A DNA stretch of 63,299 bases, the filler included, from Hyphochytrium catenoides (Eukaryota > Protista > Hyphochytriomycota): assembly GCA_900088475.1 (NCBI GenBank). It is 3 parts of 3 records of this genome, joined end to end, with 100 filler letters (N's around TTAATTAATTAA, not from the genome) between each part and the next. Parts side by side here need not be neighbours in the genome. Positions count along the whole stretch, not along the records: positions 1 to 28,961 come from FLMG01002281.1; 2 more parts are not named here. The stretch is one strand, 5' to 3'. A program made the translations under genes and the position numbers. Below the pieces are notes generated by a model. It was not told where the DNA came from. It did not search any database and saw only the letters and a list, made by a program, of their open reading frames with translations. The first letter of the stretch is position 1; each line of letters begins with the position of its first letter. Positions 8,901-20,295 of the stretch are shown here, in pieces.

Positions 8901-10981
8901 ACTGTCCCATCTCTCTCTCTTTGCAGTTCTTGCAAGTGCATCCTGCCATCTGCACTCACTACTTCTCTCTCTACTTCCAAAGAATTAGACTTGTCTGCTG
9001 TCTTCCGGTCTTCCTCTGTATCCGCTTTCATCCTATAGCCAAGACTGGCTTGGACACCTGGGTACATGGTGCTTTGATCATAAGATGCTTGAGCTTGGAA
9101 GGCTGGAGATGGCTCTTTCGGTGAGGCTGAGAATCTCTCTGGGTAGCGCTGGGAGAAGAGCTCTTTCATGAAGACATCCACTGATCGTTTCACTTCCTCA
9201 ATCTCCTGATTACCAAGCGGAAGCTGTGAGGCAGCTCCATTGATTGTTGACTGGAGATCTGTTTCCTCTCCATCTTTCTTCCCTTCTACATCGCGCATAC
9301 CTCTGGCTTGAACTTGGTGTACGCTGTCTGCTTTGTCAGTCTCTGTCATTGCTTTCTGGTCCGTAACGCATCCTCTGGGAAAGAGGAGCTTAAAAAAGAG
9401 ATCCACTGACTCGGAGACGGCGGCATTGAGAGACTGATCTGCCGTCTTCAATGCGACTGGCGCCTCTCTCCTGGGTGAAGTTACTCTCTCTTTATGGTGA
9501 CTTTTTGAAATTTCCCGCGTGGAAGCGGTGGACAATCCTACCCGATTCTTACTCTCCTGCTCTTGCTCTTGTCTCACTCTCTCTGCCAGAGCCGGCAGCA
9601 TGAAGAAATCTGCCTCTGCTAGCAGCTGCGACGTGTCTATGCCCGCTGCCTTCGCAGCCCCGAGGACAGAAAAGCTTCCAGATGTCCGAAGAAACTCCAG
9701 AACGATCTGGAAGATCTTTGGGTTTCTGTCAATGAAGAACTCTCCATTGCCATTCTGAGGCCAAAGGTCGCCGCCTAACGCGCTAAAAAGAGTCTCTGGA
9801 TAGCGGGTGAGAGTCTTCGTCGTCGTTGTGAAGAGCTCTCCGCCTACATTGAGCTTAACGGCGTTGTTGACCTGCTGATAGAAGCCTCCGTGCAACCTGG
9901 TCGTTAAGGAATGAAGATGTCTTCTCTTTCTTTCGAGCTCCGTCTCTGGAGACTCTGCAATCTCTTCCTCTATTTTCGATCTCAGCTGGGGAAGAAGAAA
10001 GAAGTCTGCCTCAGCTAGTAGCTCTTCCACAGAGACGCCTAGTGCAGCACCAGACGAAAGGAGACAATACCGCGAGGGCGCGCGGAGATAGCCTAGAATG
10101 AGCTCAAAAGCTCTGGGACTCCTGTCGATGAAGAACTCTCCTTCTGAAGAGGCTGGCCAAGTGTCTCCGCCCAGACAGTCGAAGAGACTACCCTGGAATC
10201 GAGTCAGAGTTCTGAGCGTGGTCGTGAAGCGCTGTCCTCCTACGTTCAAAGAGACAGAGTTGCGTTGATTCTGATAAAAGCCTCCCTGAAGCCGACAAGA
10301 GATAGCGCGGATGTGCTCTCTTTGTAGAGCTATGTCCCTTCTTTCTTTTTCCAGCTTGTCCTGCTCCTTTCTGACAACCCTCAGCATCTCTGTCTCTGGA
10401 CTCTCCCGAAGCTCTCTTTGGATCTTCTCCTTCATTGAGGAGAGCATGAAGAAATCCACCTCTCCTAGCAGCTCTTCGGCTGAGATGCCAAGAGCTGCAG
10501 CAGCAGGAAGGATAGAGCAGTGAGACGGAGAACGCAGATAGCCCAGAATAAGCTCAAAGGCCCTTGGATTTCTGTCAATGTAGAACTCTCCGTTAGGCCC
10601 TGCAGGCCACGTCTCCCCTCCCAAGCTGGAGAACAGACTCTCGGGGAACTGAGAGAAAGTCCTTCGGCTGGCAGTGAAGCGCTTTCCCCCTACATTTATC
10701 GTCACACTGGCCCTAATATTTTGTTGGAGGCCACCCCTCAACCGCTGTGAGATAGCTTGAAGGTGCTCCCTCTGTCTCTCTATGTTGATTCTTTCTTCCT
10801 CCAGTTCGGCTCTATCCTTCTCAAGCGCGAGGAGCGCAGCCTGTTGCTGCTCTATCCCTGCCTGAACGGTCCTGGCCGTGTCCTGCAGGCTTCGAAGAGT
10901 ATCAACATAATGGTCAATGGACTGCGCACTGGACTGTAAGTCCTGCAGCGTTGAAGATAAAGACTCTACGTCAGGAGCCAT
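5948..10981 (-). CDS. Intronless 1677-aa protein: three tandem KCTD/T1-type BTB domains, long low-complexity region with a repeated short motif, acidic tail
   Basis: Uninterrupted 5-kb ORF; first ATG at 10981 (track start 11032 is TTG). Three copies of V.(I/L)NVGG..F..T..T....P.SLF..L...GEF(F/Y)IDR.P..F..IL.(Y/F)LR...LL.E.DFF.L at ~10708-10440, ~10260-9985, ~9862-9588. Confidence 0.93.
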   Translation of the reverse strand: MAPDVESLSSTLQDLQSSAQSIDHYVDTLRSLQDTARTVQAGIEQQQAALLALEKDRAELEEERINIERQREHLQAISQRLRGGLQQNIRASVTINVGGKRFTASRRTFSQFPESLFSSLGGETWPAGPNGEFYIDRNPRAFELILGYLRSPSHCSILPAAAALGISAEELLGEVDFFMLSSMKEKIQRELRESPETEMLRVVRKEQDKLEKERRDIALQREHIRAISCRLQGGFYQNQRNSVSLNVGGQRFTTTLRTLTRFQGSLFDCLGGDTWPASSEGEFFIDRSPRAFELILGYLRAPSRYCLLSSGAALGVSVEELLAEADFFLLPQLRSKIEEEIAESPETELERKRRHLHSLTTRLHGGFYQQVNNAVKLNVGGELFTTTTKTLTRYPETLFSALGGDLWPQNGNGEFFIDRNPKIFQIVLEFLRTSGSFSVLGAAKAAGIDTSQLLAEADFFMLPALAERVRQEQEQESKNRVGLSTASTREISKSHHKERVTSPRREAPVALKTADQSLNAAVSESVDLFFKLLFPRGCVTDQKAMTETDKADSVHQVQARGMRDVEGKKDGEETDLQSTINGAASQLPLGNQEIEEVKRSVDVFMKELFSQRYPERFSASPKEPSPAFQAQASYDQSTMYPGVQASLGYRMKADTEEDRKTADKSNSLEVEREVVSADGRMHLQELQRERDGTVLHHLRGVISARYMYEGVALSLGWTSKEGDCSSNKESAEDPDQENIPPSPTIETDDVVIGIVCGTMSAYGYSVADGPSDALSSSQPIAMVRRSIRIIDEEVEEKGEEAAEYLPQEAGQERKGCGALLFCGSVNSRYMYPGVACSLGFSSITPSARDREERKTQSEKALRAEEELGKELPMEQGRGISLSGGEIATASASMYPGVRAALGFNYPPPSDSGACPFRPSLSLLSPSGQLLAASEETMYPGVANALGFSYSFRSSCASADASSSSPFDSISSPSFSPGMESASSLCKVSPPSTSASAVHDPLSSMYISILTKALGLGDKATLILAHDGPSLSSISQPISLPLQTSPPSNLSANLEEECESLAREQASMYPGVFKSLRYRARATNKERRVHQEKEDISSSPSSTKSMYPRVFRALGFQLRAAPEEDEQDRERRYTDNSLEASTEEPEMEAAVIEEAHSEKQKRGEVLGSKEPLAGKEEMRAAPAGGEKAGNCMAMYPGVFKALGFFAGAEFEKRENHAAPTSVRSSLPMYPSVYEALGYKRPRSGEKVEERQKERQNACSPSHPLVSSLPMYAGVEQALGFSIPLFPPSQTDKSSTPARPMYPRQEKPLSSPSALSSRPSIAGEEKEGPTTPLCRSMYLGVEDALGYSIPLFKKEREEAKKIDALAGTATWLSRPVYEGVEKALGFVCPLYGYALLPAKGQRKEGETRGVLPAMVPPSSSSHFSHQLISQGAEEEHILEGSDADYERERKTRTSLSLPGKQEDVSAQTAIGSLTVKTPPPRPLSSPMPALYMYKGVSSSLGFKPAAEEEIDGGEGESLPPLSPLSGGRRPHLSSEDMTHTFQVETWYDMDDISLSLEESSSTLPDDISPTLTTIKERDSEEGTEEGEKEERKSKENSFTVSEEEEDDDDDEQREQAENDRWVDARESWRALRRPSKDYLSPEETDEEIEAGVEEEEEGEASSTEFFLDTGIISTRALRL

Positions 10982-11402
10982 TCTCACAGAGCACGAGGTC
11001 CGCCTCGAGGTCCCCACTTCGTGATGCGCCAATAGAAAGCAGTAGTAAGCTCGCGGGAGGCGCTCTGCTCTGCCGCTAGGTCAAGGACATCAGCCGAGGG
11101 TGAAGCTGCCAAGCAAACAGAGATTCTCTTTCTTGTTGGTCAGAGTTCAGAACGTCGAAAGAAGCTGGGACCACTGCGCGAGGTGGCAGCGAAAGAAAGA
11201 GTGGCAGCGAGCTTTCCCGTCGTCTTACACTCTTCTCGCTTTCCTCCCTTTGCCTCCCACAGCCAGATCTAAAAAGTGGTACACCGTTCGGGTTGATGAT
11301 GATAGAAGTGTCTTTGACTTGCTCTCCCTGAGTCTTCCGCTCTCTAAATGCTGCTTTTCACTTCGTGTGTTTGGCCCCCCTGAGCAGCCCCTGTTCTCTA
11401 TC

Positions 11403-11449
<47 letters not shown>

Positions 11450-14400
11450 TATGTCTCCCTCTCGCTCCTGTCTCCACCTCTCTCACTTTTGGTTCTCGTG
11501 CCTCTTCGCCTTCGTCCATACCTACAAGCCGCAGGGCTTGACCGAAGCTGTAGGCTCCTCTCTATCCTACACACTCTCTCTCTTTCTCTCTCTCTCTCTT
11601 GCCAGCGCTCTGGCTGTGGAAGCTCACCTCTCTTTATCCCAGTTCCCTCTCTCGCACCCGCTAGTGTTGACGTTTGAGCTGATATCCTCCTCCTCTCTCT
11701 CTCTCTTTCTCTTCTCTCCCTTTCTCTTCTCTCTCTTTCTCTCTCTCTCTCTCTTTCCTCTCTCTCTCTCTGTTTCCCGCCCTGGTCCCCGCACTCTGTC
11801 TTCCCTGGCTCTCTTGCCCTTTGAAATGCAGTGGATGTTCGAGAGCCAGAAGCACTTTTGGTGTGATTCTGATCCGAACTCACTATTCTCGATGCGCCTT
11901 ATATAGTTGGACTAATATTAAATTCGTCAGATCTGTATTCAGGATGTGAAGATTGATGAAGGGGCACTATCACAGCCAAACTGGAAATCTTTCCAGCAAG
12001 GGAATCTTCTCGAAATAATTCTTTCGCCGTTTATTTTCCCAGGCATACTAAGTGCCTCTTTGTATGAAACCTTTCTTTTACTTGTACAGTGGTGGAATGT
12101 TTCCCTGTAACCTCTCTGAGTCTGGTCATGTGTGGGGAACAAAACCCGCTCTCTGGCACTTGCCTCTTTTGCTGTCTCTCTTCTCTCTCTTCCTCTGTTC
12201 TGCACTCTCTCTCTCTCTCTCTCTCCTTAGCTCTCGCCTCTCAATCTCTCTGTCTGTGGTCAATCCCTGTCTCTCCTCGCCCTTTCACCCAATCATCCAA
12301 TCGCCATCAGATCCAGCCCCAGCGTTGATCACCCTCGAGAGTCTATCCTTAAAGATCGCGACTGTACAGCTGTAGACGGAAGAAGCTCGAGGCACCCGCA
12401 GTGAAGAAACGCACTCCACTTTGTAAAAGTGATGAGTGGCGAGGCCATCATTCCGAACACTTGCGACACACTACTTTTTCTCGGGAAGTCCGCTTCCCCA
12501 TGAGCGTTATAGATGCCAGCAGCTGCGGGAGCATTCTAATGCTCATTCTAGACGCTCTGAAACATGCGTAGGTGCTCTGCACAGCTGCCAGTAGCACCAG
12601 AGATGATAGCAGGGATCTGACCATCGCAAGGCAACCAATCTCAACGTTGACGACCGATAGTTGGACCCACAAAGGAGATGATGCCTTAAACACGTTTATA
12701 AAATAGCAGTACAAGGATTTAACGTCTTTTAGAGGGGTTTGCGTTAGGCAAATGAAACAGCACTGTACGGATGTCAGCCTTAGGAAGGAAGAGCTTGGAG
12801 AGCTGCTAGTTAGCTTCAGGCGTTTCCCGCTTTGCGAAAAGCAGCCAGAAACGTAAGGCTTTTACTGACAAACAGAGAGCTTGCCACAGGTGAGGCACAT
12901 CACACCGTCTATTATACGGGAGGGTCTCTCTAATATTGACCAAGGGAGACGCGGCAAGCCAAGCTCTAACAAGAGCTGAACTCATTCTCGAAAGTAACGC
13001 TGAACAGAAAGGAAGGAAAGGAGACGTCGAATGAAAGGGTACGATAGCCTTCGGCCGAGGGGAGGAACTACCCGCGACGCCACTGATTCTTCGGGGCGAG
13101 GTGTGGACGAGCTCTGAAGATATGAAAGAGCTGGTAGCCCAACCACAGAATCGTGATAAGCAGCTAGAAGGTGTCAGGTGCTAACTAACTCGCCAGGAAG
13201 GCCCTATCATGCCGAGGGTTTTTCCTTGCGTCGTACGGCTACTGCGGAAGCCTTTTTGGCTGGTAGTCGTTATGACATGGCCAAGGTCGTCAAGCGCGCA
13301 CATGTAGCATGACCTAAGACAAGGTAGCAGTCCACAGATGACGAGGAGGGCTTCTAGGTGACTGTACGGAAGGAGACACAAAGCGCAGACGTGGGCACAC
13401 AATTAACAGGTGAAGAGAAAAGAGAGAGCGATTCAAAGCGAGCCGCTACCGAAACGCAAGGTAAGTAAAGACTGTATTAAGCCATTTAGTGCACCAAGAC
13501 AGAGCGAGAGAGACCTACAAAGATGGCGAGAGACGGAAACTAAAGAGAGAGTGCGAAGAAGTCATTGAGTGAGTGAGGAGAGAGAGAGAACAAAAGAAGG
13601 AGGGAGGCAGAAAGAGAGGTGGAGAGGAGAAGAGGAAGAGTAATTGATGAGGATCCGATGATGTGTGATGAGGATGATGGATGAGGATCCTACAGCCTTC
13701 AACCACATCTGCCCTTGAACTTGAAGGAAGTGATTCTGATAGGGGTGGCNNNNNNNNNNNNNTCGGGATATTGGCGGATCTGTTACACATAAAGAAAAGG
13801 TTGAAAATATCCAATCAACGGGTATCTCCCTGGCCACTAGTACGCTCTGCACTTGCTCTAACGTCATAGAGATTAATAGAGAATCTGGCGTAGTAATACC
13901 TTGAACTAACAGTCACGATCTCATCCTTGTCGAAGAAAGAGACAGAGAGAAAAGGCTGGGGGGAAGAGAGAAAAAGAGAGAGAGAGAGTAAGAGAGAGAC
14001 AGAGAGAGACAGGGAGAGAGAGAAAGAGAGACGAAGAGAGAGACGAGAAAGAGGGAAGACAATAATCATACAGTAGGAAAGACACGGTAGAAAGGTCAGG
14101 TCACGGAGAGGAAGAGAGATAAAAGCTGCGAGACAGAGAGAGCCAGAGAGACAGGAAGACTAGAAGAAAGAGAGGGAAGAGAAAGAGAGAGAGAGAATCT
14201 GGTTCCTGCATCAGCCTACGTAGCGGCCCGAGCCCCAATGACCATGCGAGAGAGACGCGAGAGGAAAGGCACAGGTCATGAATCTGTGCATCTATTGATA
14301 AGAACTTGTAAGGCCTTGGTACTTTCCCGCAGACAGTCTAACTTTTCCTCTGCACCAGAGAGGACTGCAGACACCAAGAGTTGGAGTTTATCCCCTGCAT

Positions 14401-14610
14401 TGAAGCCACGGTACCCTTGCAGGTAGAGCACCACGACTATTCGTATGAAGAGAGAGAGAGAGCACGCACGCGCGTGAGAGAGAAAGAGTGTGGGCTTGGC
14501 AGAAAGAGAGAGAGGGTATCCCAACAGAGAGGAAGAGGGCCACAAGGCTCATCACTGAAGTGTTACTCTTTTCTCCTTCGGCTGTCATCGGCCTTCACAG
14601 CTTTGTCATA

Positions 14611-17600
14611 ATGGCGACCAAGGAGCTTCAGGAGAAAGTGCTTCAGCTCTGTCTGAAGGAGAAGATCTTCGACCCTCAGTCTATCAAGGAGGATGTGGAC
14701 TATTTTTTCAATGACTTGGGCCTGCATCCCTTCTACTTCAGCACCACAGAACCAGAGATGATCGCTAAGCATATCATGGGCATCAAGGCTAACCACGTGG
14801 CGGCTGCCAGCTCTGACAAGGAATTTGAGGTGCGTAAGCGGCTCTGTCTTCTGCTCCTTGCCTCCTTCTCACTCGAGATATCGCAGATGATGAAGAACAC
14901 TCTCCTTGTTTCTTTTGGTAGCTTCCACTCTCTTTGCAGTTTGTGCTCTCTCGGTTGCTGTGTGGGCCTATCCTTCCTCCTCTGTCTGTTCCCATCCTGC
15001 TCTCTCTCTCTCAGTTTCTGGCCTGCTCAATCTCTCTGTCTCTCTCCCTGCTTCTCTCTCCACATTTCGGTCACTATCCCCTGGTCCCCAGCTATTCTGG
15101 TACCACTCGCCGTTGCATCGCGAACTAATCTCCACGTACAGGTGCTTCTTCAAGGAGAGACGGAAAACTTTGCTTTCTTTGGCGTTCGTAGTAACATCGC
15201 TGGCGGCCGCTCGCACCCTGCTACTCCTCTATCTAACAAGAAGAAGAGAAAGGGAATTCTTTCAGCTGTGGAGGAGCTTGAAAGAAAGATAGAGGAGGAA
15301 TACCTCAACAGCGGAACGGAGTATGTAGGAGACGGCGTGCCTGGCACTCTGTCTGTCTTCGACCGTAGGAGGTCAATCAACGGCTTTGAAGAGCCCAAGC
15401 AGTACAGACTGCAGTGCTATCGGTCGGAGGGGCCTCTGAAGGACTCCAAGTACCATTTGCGCCTCTATTTCCTCGCCAAGCCAGACTATGTTGATCCCTA
15501 CCCTGCAGAGGATGAAACAGATCTGAATGTCGTTGCGTCTAAGTCTTTTCTAGCCACTGGTGGGCCATTCATCAGAGAGAAGTACCAGAGTGTTATTAGA
15601 AAGGCAAAGAAGCAGATGAGCCCAGTGGTTGAGACTGACTTCTGGACAGGTAAGCAAGAGAGATTGGTTACCCCTTCGGTGTTGTTGCTTTTTTGGTAAG
15701 CCTGCAATTAACTACTCGCGCTGCTTTTTCTTTTATTGATCTTCGGTTTAGTTTGTTGCTGCACTGAGTCCGATCTCTGACATTTCTTCCTTTCTTCCTC
15801 GTGTGGCTGACCTTATATGTCATTATTTCCTCTCCTGATATTTAGAGCCCGATGGCAAGGAGAAGTGCCGCCTTACTATCGCCATTCAATTCGGAACCAC
15901 CCACTCTTACTTCGCTGGCGTGGCTGATGTCTACAGACGACATGGCTTGTACACCACAAGGAAATATGTTGAGTTCTTCAGCAATGGCATCGTCGTTTAT
16001 GCCTTTTATCTCTGCCAGCTTGACGGATCAGCTGGAGGGGCTTCATCTTTCCAAGCCAAGATGCAAAACGTCGTCTATGATGTCTCGCTTCACTTCGTCC
16101 TCCCTCGTACTTCTCTGACTCCACTACTCAAGCAGGAGTACATCACCACACAGGTAAAATACGGGTCAGAATGCTGCAGGGAGGCATGGAGAAGGATCTC
16201 TTGATAGGGAGGTTTGGGCGGGTTCTGGGATGAAAGAGAGACGGAAGAGCCTGGGTGGCCATGAGAGAGGGAAGAAGTGACATCTTGGGGACGATAGAGC
16301 ATGGAGTGATATCAAGAAGATTGAATGGGGACGGTAGCTCCTAACCCTAGCTGGATCAATGCAGGAGAGTGCCTATGCCTACGCCGCATGGAAGTTTGCT
16401 TTCCACTTTCTTCAACGGCTTCCAGATGGCTATATGACGATTGCCGAGTCTCTGAGAAAGCACGACCAAAATGCTTACTCTAGCCTTCAGAAGGTACGGT
16501 TGCTTCGTACTTCTTGCTCGTCTTTCCTAATTTTCGTCAGGCGTCTCATATGATGAGGTCACTTTATCTCATCGTCCTCATCCCTCGTAGCATTTGCTCA
16601 CGTGCCGCTCTCTTCTTTCTGCCTTTTCTAGTTGCGGTTCTCAATGAAGACGAATACTTTCACGGAAGGTCAAATCCTAGACACAATCTTTGCATGCCCA
16701 GCTGCTATCCACCGCCTATACACCGACTTCCATGCTCGATTCTGCCTGAACAATGAGGAGGTTGAGCCACAAAGCGTGATCATGGCCGATATCAGAAGGT
16801 TAGAGACTACATCCGCTACTTATCGCCATTTCCCTTCCAAAGTGACAGACAAAATTGACCCTTATGTTTTCTCTCTCTGCCTCTGCTCTTGACCAGAATG
16901 GCCTCCTCAGACCGCGAAGTGCAGATCTTTGAGACCTTCCTGCGCTTCAACCGCCACATCGTCCGGACGAACTTCTTCAAACCCAACAAGGTTGCCCTCT
17001 CATTTAGGCTGAACCCTGGCTTCCTATCCAACCAGGAATACCCCACCATACCTTATGCTATCATCTACATTGTGGGATCGGAGTTCAGGTATGGAGGAGA
17101 AACCTCTATTGACTCGACCTACCTTAGTACTCCGAGGCCCTACGTTGACCGATCACCCATCACGTCTATCCTGTTTTCCTTACTACTTGGGATCGGTCCT
17201 CTTGCTGAACTAACCCTGTGACGCTTAGGGGCTTCCATGTCCGCTTTGAGGACATTGCACGAGGCGGTATTCGGCTTATCCGCTCCTCCCACTCCCAAGT
17301 TTTCCAGAGAAACACGACGACACTCTTTGATGAGAACTACAATCTGGCCTACACCCAGCAGAAGAAAAACAAGGTAGGAGAGGCGGTTATATAACAAAAG
17401 AGAAGGGAAGGAGGGCGAGCCATGCAGGAGAGAGATGCTTAGAGAGTCACTTTTTGTTAACGCATTCTCCTGCTTTAGGATATTCCTGAGGGAGGCTCCA
17501 AGGGCACGATATTGCTCAACCTAGCACATCAGGACAAGGCCATAGTGGCCTTCAAGAAGTATATCGACTCACTGCTAGACCTTCTTCTTCCTTCTGAAGA

Positions 17601-20295
17601 CATGATTGACCTTTTGAAGAAGGAGGAAATCCTCTTCCTTGGCCCGGATGAGGGTACGGCTGATCTCATGGATTGGGCAAGTCAGAGAGCCAGGGAAAGG
17701 TTAGAAATTGCCCAGACGGAGGAACCCGCTGAAGAAGCGGCACGCTCACATTTCCTCTCCCTGGCCGCCTGTTCTCTATCTTATGCAGAGGCTACCGCTA
17801 TTGGAAGGCATTTACTACTGGCAAGTCCGCTTCTAGAGGTGGAATCCCACATGATACGTATGGTAAGACCAAACTGCATAAATGCTCACTGTCTACGTCC
17901 TCCGACATCCTGCTCCTATTTTCCCCTTAACTTTAAGGTATGACGACACATGGTGTCCGTCAATACGTCCTGGGAATCCAGAGAAAGTTAGGTCTCAAGG
18001 GCAAGATAACCAAAGTCCAGACAGGTAATAGACAACGTGTGCCTGGCTTTTGCTCCGTCAGTTACGATCCCCTCGCAATGCCTAACTTCGCCAACAAAGA
18101 GAGCCACTATGTCTCCTCACTCCCATTTGCCGCTGTGGTTAACTTCTTCGATGTTTGCCTGCCTCTCAACTGAAGATGTCTTTCTAGGTCTTGGTCTAAA
18201 GCTAATTTTCGCCGTTGTCACTGTGTTCTCCCGCGTAGGTGGACCTGATGGTGACCTGGGCTCAAATGAGATTCTTATGAGCCGAGGGATTGAGACCACC
18301 GTTGCAGTAGTTGATGGAAGCGGAGTGCTGCACGATCCACAAGGCATTGATGCCGAGGAGCTGGTCCAACTAGCTAGGTGAGCCACTAAGAAGTAGATTA
18401 TAGCGCGCCTTTATGGAGGAGAATCTGACTGGAAGCGCAGGCAGAGGAAGATGGTCGTGCATGTGGACAGGAGGAAGCTAAGCAAGGAAGGATACCTTCT
18501 CACTGGTGCGTCGGCCCGCTCTCCCAGTGCTTTAGATGTTGATTCTTTACCTCCGACAGTGTTCCTCATTTCATCCTACCCATTGATACTAACGGGATCC
18601 TTGGCGTCTGTAGCATCATACCCTCGCTTTATACCCGTGGCTTTATCAAGTCTTTTTCTATACCTCAATCCTACCGCTCACTAAGCCCTAGCTAATGGCG
18701 TTCATACCTTTGGGCTTTATATGTCTCTCTCATCTGTCCATCCCTCCCTCGTGGTCTCTAATGCAGTTGACCAGAATAACGTAACCCTTCCGGATGGGAC
18801 GGTGGTAGAGAACGGAACAGTCTTCCGCAACCTCTTCCACTTGGATCCAAGAGTTACCGCCGATTTCTTTGTCCCTTGTGGCGGCCGCCCTGAGTCCGTG
18901 AACATCAATAACGTGGAGCAGTTCGCCTTTGCCGAAGGAAAAGACAAACTTCGTTTCAAGTACATAGTAGAAGGAGCCAATCTCTTTATCACTCAGGTAA
19001 GAAGAGAGACTACCCTTTGTCAGAGGTGATCCTCTCGCGTTCTTTTCGTCATGATTAGAATATAGGAGCGTTGGAGGACAGACGTACCGTCCCCGTTCTC
19101 ATGCACGTGTTTCTCACCTTTCCCGTGGATGGATTGTCCTGTAGGATGCTCGGCTCGCTCTGGAGGAGAAAGGCGTCATCCTCTTCAAGGATGCTTCAGC
19201 AAATAAGGGAGGCGTCACTTCCTCCTCGCTTGAAGTCCTTGCAGCTCTGGTTCTGAACGACGAGGTAAGAGGATCAAACGTTCCGCGGACGGGCCCAGCC
19301 GCAAAACAACAAAGGGCGCTCCTTTCTGCTATTCGCTCTGCTCCTCTGCTGTATGCAACTTCTTATAGCCTTCCTGTTCCATCTGACTCTCAGCAAGCCG
19401 CTGACTCCAACGTGCGTCCGCCGCTTGAGTCTCTGTTGTTTTGGTCATCTAAATGCCCTTTGTTCCTCCCTAACTAGGAATTTGCCAAGCAAATGGCTGT
19501 GACTGGAGAGAAGATACCCGAGTTCTATGCCAACTATGTGAAGGAAGTCCAGGATCGGATTGACTTAAACGCCCAACTAGAGTTCGAATGTAAGCCGTTT
19601 GCCATTGCTAAACCTTTCGGCCGCTTATGCTGGCGCTGCCCTGCAACTTGAATCCTCCCGCACTCTTGCATTCAACCATTTATCATCTCACCATTGCCTG
19701 TTACCCTTGTTCTTGCGTCCAGGCTTGTGGATGGAGCACCAGAAGTCTCGTACCCCTCTCTCTGTGCTGTCTGACCAACTGAGCGCCAAGATTGTAGAGC
19801 TGACAGGAAATATTCAGCATTCTGAGAGCCTGTGGAGGAACCAAGAGCTAAGAAACAAGGTCCTTAAGAGGGTAAGTTTGTCCTTTACAATCTCTCCGTC
19901 AAATGCATCTCTTGATCTTGACGATCTCCCTTGCTTATCTGCTTGCTCGTAGGCTATTCCATTGACGCTGCAGAAGGTGGTTAATCTGGAGACCATCCTC
20001 AACAGGTGAGCACTCCAAGAGAACTCTTACTGTCTTTTTTGCCTTATCACTCGCCACCCCTGTACTTTCGCTTTGCATATAATCTAAACCCTCTCAGTAT
20101 CTTTAAGGACGCATCTTCCAGATCTCTAGCCCTTTCGCTATACTTTCTCTGACACTTCTCTTCCTTCTCAGGCTACCGGTCTCTTATCAAAGGGCTCTGT
20201 TTGCTTCTCAGCTGTCCAGTCACTTTGTCTACAACAGCGGACTTCGGTCCTCTGAATTCTCGTTCTACGAGTTCGTAGAGAACTACTTGCAGTAA
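14611..20295 (+). CDS. GDH2: Large NAD-specific glutamate dehydrogenase (fungal GDH2 type), 18 exons
   Basis: After removing 17 GT-AG introns: FRGFHVRFEDIARGGIR, YNLAYTQQKKNKDIPEGGSKG, LGPDEGTA, TGKS..GGIPHDTYGMT, GGPDGDLGSNEI, PCGGRP, IVEGANLF, KDASANKGGVTSSSLEV. Stop TAA at 20293-20295. Confidence 0.96.

Noticed and set aside
12371-12856. TAG reassignment suggested by in-frame TAGs
   Set aside because: TAG terminates the ankyrin, TCEANC2-like and CDK models, and no conserved exon I translated contains an in-frame stop.
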